The notes under the pieces were generated by a model. The model searched no databases, was not told the origin of the DNA, and was given only the letters and a program-made list of their open reading frames with translations. Below, piece after piece: positions 60,003-64,000 of a DNA stretch of 64,000 bases. How positions within the stretch are numbered: position 1 is the first letter of the stretch; each line of letters begins with the position of its first letter. Origin of the DNA: Vicinamibacteria bacterium (GTDB lineage Bacteria > Acidobacteriota > Vicinamibacteria > Marinacidobacterales > Marinacidobacteraceae); NCBI GenBank assembly GCA_963422395.1, contig OY729431.1:1856001-1920000 (forward strand). Reading direction: 5' to 3'. The translations under genes and the position numbers were made by a program.

Positions 60003-61144
60003 TGAGCACCCCTCCCGAACTGGCGATCTCGGAGCTGGCGCTCTCCGGGCCGACTCCCGAAGATCTGGAGCGATTCCTCGAGGAACACGATTTCCCGATC
60101 CGCGAAGGCCCGCACACCACCTTCGTGTTCCGCGGCGAGGCCGACTCGATACTCCTCGGCCACTGGCTCTTCGGGACTGCAGCGGCGCGGTCGATGGAGC
60201 GGATCCCGGGCACCGATCTGTGGTTCGTGACCCTGGACCTGCCAGCCGACTCGCGGGTCGAGTACCGCTTTCAGCGCGTTTCGGGCGCCGAAGCGGAATG
60301 GATCCTCGACCCGCGGAACCCCCGAACGGTCCGGGATCCGTTCGGCGTCTTTTCGGTCTGCCACGGCGCGAGATACCGAAAGCCCGAGTGGACCGAAGAG
60401 GACCCGGTGGTCGGACGCGGCGAGCTGACCGTCACCGAGGTCCGGAGCCGGGTCCTGGGAATCCGGCGGGTCCCGGTGTACACCCCGGTGGGCTTTCGGG
60501 GAAGCCGGCGCTATCCGCTGCTGATCGTGCTCGACGGGGACGGCTATCTCCGCTATGCGAACGCCCGCACCGTGCTCGACAACCTGATCCACCGCCGCGA
60601 GATCCCGCCCCTGATCGCAGCGTTCGTGGACCCCGAAAAACGGATCCGCGAGTTCGCGAACAGTGCCTCCCACGCTGAGTTCCTCACCGCCGACCTCGTG
60701 CCCCACCTCCAGCAGGAGTTCCCCATCCGCCTGCGTCCCGACGACCGGGGCCTCGTCGGAGCGGGTCTCGGCGCCGTCGCCGCGCTCACCGCCGCCTGGA
60801 GGCATCCGGGCTTTTTCGGCAAACTGCTCCTCCAATCGGGATCCTTCACTTTCACCGATGTCGGCCCCAGCACCCGCACCTCGCTGCTCGATCCGGTAGT
60901 GGATTTCGTGAACGCCTACCGCGAGGCGCCGCGCCGGGTGAGCAGCCGGATCTTCCTCAGCTGCGGCATCTACGAACCGCTCATCTACGAGAACCGCTCC
61001 ATCGTCCCCCTGCTGCGGGAAAGCGGGATGGAGGTGCGCTATACCGAAGTGCCGGACGGCCACAACTGGGAGAGCTGGCGCGACCGGCTCCAGGAAGGCC
61101 TCTCGTGGCTCTTCCCGGGACCCCTCTGGCTCTACTACCGATGA
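60002..61144 (+). CDS. Enterochelin-esterase-like alpha/beta hydrolase with N-terminal Ig-like domain
   Basis: LDPRNP, VYTP.G...YPLL..LDG, LDNLI, DGHNWESWR. Elbow reads GAGLG. Confidence 0.85.
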   Translation: MSTPPELAISELALSGPTPEDLERFLEEHDFPIREGPHTTFVFRGEADSILLGHWLFGTAAARSMERIPGTDLWFVTLDLPADSRVEYRFQRVSGAEAEWILDPRNPRTVRDPFGVFSVCHGARYRKPEWTEEDPVVGRGELTVTEVRSRVLGIRRVPVYTPVGFRGSRRYPLLIVLDGDGYLRYANARTVLDNLIHRREIPPLIAAFVDPEKRIREFANSASHAEFLTADLVPHLQQEFPIRLRPDDRGLVGAGLGAVAALTAAWRHPGFFGKLLLQSGSFTFTDVGPSTRTSLLDPVVDFVNAYREAPRRVSSRIFLSCGIYEPLIYENRSIVPLLRESGMEVRYTEVPDGHNWESWRDRLQEGLSWLFPGPLWLYYR

Positions 61145-62421
61145 GTCGGGATCCCGGGTCGCCGCTCGACCGGATCCTCCCCCGCCGGGGCACCGGATCG
61201 GTGAAGTGGGAGTACCGCGAGCAGGCGGCAGGGCACGCCTCGCGGCTCGAACCGGCAGGCGACTCCGAAGTGATCCCGATGTGGGTCGCGGACATGGATT
61301 TCGCCTGCCCGGAGGCAGTGGTGGAAGCGATCCGGCGGCGGGCCGCGCATCCCATCTTCGGCTACAGCGCCGCGTCTGCCGGCTTCGTCCGCGCCTTCAC
61401 CGACTGGGCGGCCGCCCGCCACGGATTCCAGGTGGATCCCGCATGGGTGGTCCCGACCGAGGGCATCGTCCCCGATCTCGGCCTCATCGTCCGCACCTTC
61501 CTCCGGGAAGGCGAGGGGGTGATCCTCCACCCGCCGGTGTACTACCCGTTCTACGGCGCGGTGCGGCACAACGGGGCGCGGATCGCCCGCTGCCCCCTGT
61601 ACACCGATCGGGGCCCGGGAAACCCGTACCGACTCGACCTCGAACGGTTCGAGCAGCTCGCCCTGCGGCCGGAGAACCGGATGACCTTCCTGTCGAGCCC
61701 CCATAACCCGGTGGGGCGCGTCTGGACGGCAGCGGAGCTCGAGGAAGTCGCGAGGATCGCGGAGCGGGGCGACCTCCTCGTGGTCAGCGACGAGATCCAT
61801 GCCGACCTGCTGCTCGAGGGAGGCGTCTTCACCCCCTGGCTCCGCGCTGCGGCGCGCTCGGCACCGCGTTCCTTCGTCTGTTGGGCGCCCAGCAAGACCT
61901 TCAACCTCGCCGGCCTCAAGGCCTCCGTCCTGGTGATCCCCGACCCGGAGCTACGGGCCCGCTACCGCCGGGCCCGCGACCGCACCGGCGCCTACGGGGT
62001 GAACCCGCTGAGTGCGGCAGCCGCCGAAGCCGCCTGGACCGGCGGGGCTGTCTGGCTCGATCGGGTGCTCCGCTACCTGACCGGGAACGCCCACCGTCTC
62101 CACGCCTTTTTGGAGGAGCGTCCGGAGCTCGGAGTGCGGCCGACCCCGATCGAAGGCACCTACCTCGCCTGGCTCGACTTCCGGCACAGCGGGATTCAGC
62201 CCGCCGCGCTCGAGGCATTCTTGCTGGACGAGGCCCGCCTGCGCCTCGAAGACGGCGCGGTCTTCGGCCCCGAGGGCGCAGGTTTCGCCCGCATGAACAT
62301 CGCCTGCCCGCGACCGCTGCTCGACGAGGCTCTGCACCGGCTCGAAGGCGCGCTGACCAGGAAGACCCGATCGAAGACCCGTACCTCGGCTGGCCGCACG
62401 AAGCCGGCAGCGCAACCCTGA
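61141..62421 (+). CDS. PatB/MalY-family cystathionine beta-lyase
   Basis: PMWVADMDF, SPHNPVGRVW, SDEIHAD, APSKTFNLAGL, EGTYLAWLD. Confidence 0.93.
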   Translation: MSRDPGSPLDRILPRRGTGSVKWEYREQAAGHASRLEPAGDSEVIPMWVADMDFACPEAVVEAIRRRAAHPIFGYSAASAGFVRAFTDWAAARHGFQVDPAWVVPTEGIVPDLGLIVRTFLREGEGVILHPPVYYPFYGAVRHNGARIARCPLYTDRGPGNPYRLDLERFEQLALRPENRMTFLSSPHNPVGRVWTAAELEEVARIAERGDLLVVSDEIHADLLLEGGVFTPWLRAAARSAPRSFVCWAPSKTFNLAGLKASVLVIPDPELRARYRRARDRTGAYGVNPLSAAAAEAAWTGGAVWLDRVLRYLTGNAHRLHAFLEERPELGVRPTPIEGTYLAWLDFRHSGIQPAALEAFLLDEARLRLEDGAVFGPEGAGFARMNIACPRPLLDEALHRLEGALTRKTRSKTRTSAGRTKPAAQP

Positions 62422-62436
62422 CCGGGCGTTAGATGA

Positions 62437-62452
62437 ACACTACATATAGTGG
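62437..62452. promoter_or_regulatory. NrdR-box-like palindrome
   Basis: ACACTACATATAGTGG versus the NrdR consensus acaCwAtATaTwGtg; AT-rich within GC-rich DNA. Confidence 0.55.
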
Positions 62453-62481
62453 TCGATCGCGTCTGGAATCGTTCTGCGGCG

Positions 62482-62492
62482 CAGACTGCTAG
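62482..62492. repeat. Remnant end of the TIR-element family
   Basis: CAGACTG-CTAG lies just beyond the carB stop. Confidence 0.45.
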
Positions 62493-62495
62493 CGC

Positions 62496-64000
62496 TCATC
62501 CGCTCCGGCTCGGGCGCGGCCTTTCGAGAAAGTCGTTCCAGGCGCGGGCGCGCAGGCCGCGCTCCCGGTAGCGCACCAGCGCGGTCACCACATGGCGGGC
62601 GAGCGAAGGGTCGGTGAGCAGGGGGACGCCCCGATCCACCGCCCGCCGCCGCACCAGATAACCGTCGGGGCGCCCCTCGGGGTCGAACGCCACCGGCACA
62701 TTCACCACCAGATCCACCGCGCCGGAGTCGATCAGGTCGAGAGCACTCAGGGGGCTCGGAGCGGGGAAGTCGGGACCGAGATGCCGCTGTTCGAGGCGAA
62801 CCCGGGCGGCCTCGGTGTTCTCGATGCCGTTTTCCCGAAGCACCCGGCTCGTTCCGCGAGTCGCGTAGATCCGGAGGCCGAGATCCTCCGCCATGGTGCG
62901 CGCGGTGCGGAGAAAACGGTGTTTCCAGCGCGGCGGGCCGAGCGAGAGCAGCACCCCCTTCTTCGGGGGGCGAAATCCGGTGGCGAGCAGTCCGTGGAGG
63001 AGCGCCTCGTGGAAGGAGTCGCCGAGGCAGCCCACTTCGCCGGTGCTCGCCATCTCGACACCCAGCAGCGGGTCCGCACCGGCGAGGCGGGAGAAGGAGA
63101 ACTGCGGCACCTTGACCCCGACATGTTCGAGGTCGTAGAGCGGCCGGTGTTCGATCCCCGGATCCTCGCCGAGCATGATCCGGGTCGCCGCCTTCGCGTA
63201 GTTGCGCCCGGTCACCTTGGACACGAAGGGAAGACTCCGCGACGCCCGGAGGTTGCATTCGATCACCTTGACGATCCCGTCGCGGTGGAGTAGCTGGATG
63301 TTGCAGGGGCCGGTAACCGACAGGTGGCGGGCGATCTGCTCTGCGATCCGCCGCACCTGCCCCAGCGTCGGAATCGTCATGTCCACCGGGGGCAGCACCA
63401 GGGTGGCGTCTCCGCTGTGGACGCCGGCGTCCTCCACATGCTCGCTCACCGCCCAGAGCACGACTTCCCCGCGGTTCGCCACCAGATCGATCTCGATCTC
63501 CCGCGCGTCCTCCTCGAAACGCGAGATGACGACGGGGTACTCGGGAGAGATCTCCTTCGCCTTGCGGAGGATGCGGCTCAGCTCGTGGTGTTCGTGGGCT
63601 ACCGACATGGCGGCGCCGCTCAGCACATAACTCGGCCGCACCAGAACCGGGAATCCACCGAGCCGCTCCACGATGCGTTCGGCGTCCCCCGCGTCGGTCA
63701 CCTGCGCCCACTTCGGCTGATCCACGCCGATCCGGTCGAGGAGCGCACTGAACTTGTTCCGATCCTCCGCTCGATCGATGTCTCGGGCGGAGGTCCCGAG
63801 GATCGGCACTCCCGCGGCGTGGAGCCGCATCGCCAGCCGGTTCGGAATCTGCCCCCCCATGCTCACCACCACCCCGTCGGGCTCTTCCTTCTCCACCAGA
63901 TCGAGCACCGATTCGACGCTCACTTCATCGAAGACGAGCTTGTCGCAGATGTCGTAGTCGGTGCTCACCGTCTCGGGGTTGTAGTTGAGCATCGAGGTCT
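62496..64000 (-). CDS. carB: Carbamoyl-phosphate synthase large subunit, C-terminal half (truncated by window edge)
   Basis: NYNPETVSTDYD, GGQ.PN, RPSYVLSG, GVHSGDA, RASRS.PFVSK, EMASTGEV, MGS domain. Confidence 0.96.
   Translation of the reverse strand, partial: TSMLNYNPETVSTDYDICDKLVFDEVSVESVLDLVEKEEPDGVVVSMGGQIPNRLAMRLHAAGVPILGTSARDIDRAEDRNKFSALLDRIGVDQPKWAQVTDAGDAERIVERLGGFPVLVRPSYVLSGAAMSVAHEHHELSRILRKAKEISPEYPVVISRFEEDAREIEIDLVANRGEVVLWAVSEHVEDAGVHSGDATLVLPPVDMTIPTLGQVRRIAEQIARHLSVTGPCNIQLLHRDGIVKVIECNLRASRSLPFVSKVTGRNYAKAATRIMLGEDPGIEHRPLYDLEHVGVKVPQFSFSRLAGADPLLGVEMASTGEVGCLGDSFHEALLHGLLATGFRPPKKGVLLSLGPPRWKHRFLRTARTMAEDLGLRIYATRGTSRVLRENGIENTEAARVRLEQRHLGPDFPAPSPLSALDLIDSGAVDLVVNVPVAFDPEGRPDGYLVRRRAVDRGVPLLTDPSLARHVVTALVRYRERGLRARAWNDFLERPRPSRSG

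Overview
High-GC bacterial chromosomal window. The gene set and the eukaryote-like ankyrin protein suggest Acidobacteriota, possibly a marine-invertebrate or sponge symbiont (inference only). Most of it is housekeeping or metabolic: LeuC-like aconitase, ETF-QO, CBS, pyk, argS-lepB-bshC, metH, msrA, pruA, larC-tatD-polyprenyl synthase, rnpB, comEA/pilin, larA, patB and carB. Notable items: (1) a family of non-coding elements with shared terminal inverted repeats, mostly at CTAG/TGA sites at gene ends, whose interiors are mosaics of three structured modules (6 copies, 1 short derivative, 3 end remnants); (2) a secreted ankyrin gene split by a frameshifted IS5 (TATT duplication) and followed by an out-of-frame second C-terminal cassette that differs only at clustered non-synonymous codons; (3) a split AcnX/NSS/OCD/ProDH/DapA-like/FAH/LarA cluster suggesting hydroxyproline catabolism; (4) a PadR-controlled carotenoid-oxygenase operon with a duplicated DUF2141 gene, one copy fused to an extra domain; (5) a second repeat pair with internal micro-inversions; (6) an orphan NrdR-like box. 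No tRNA, rRNA or CRISPR array was seen.
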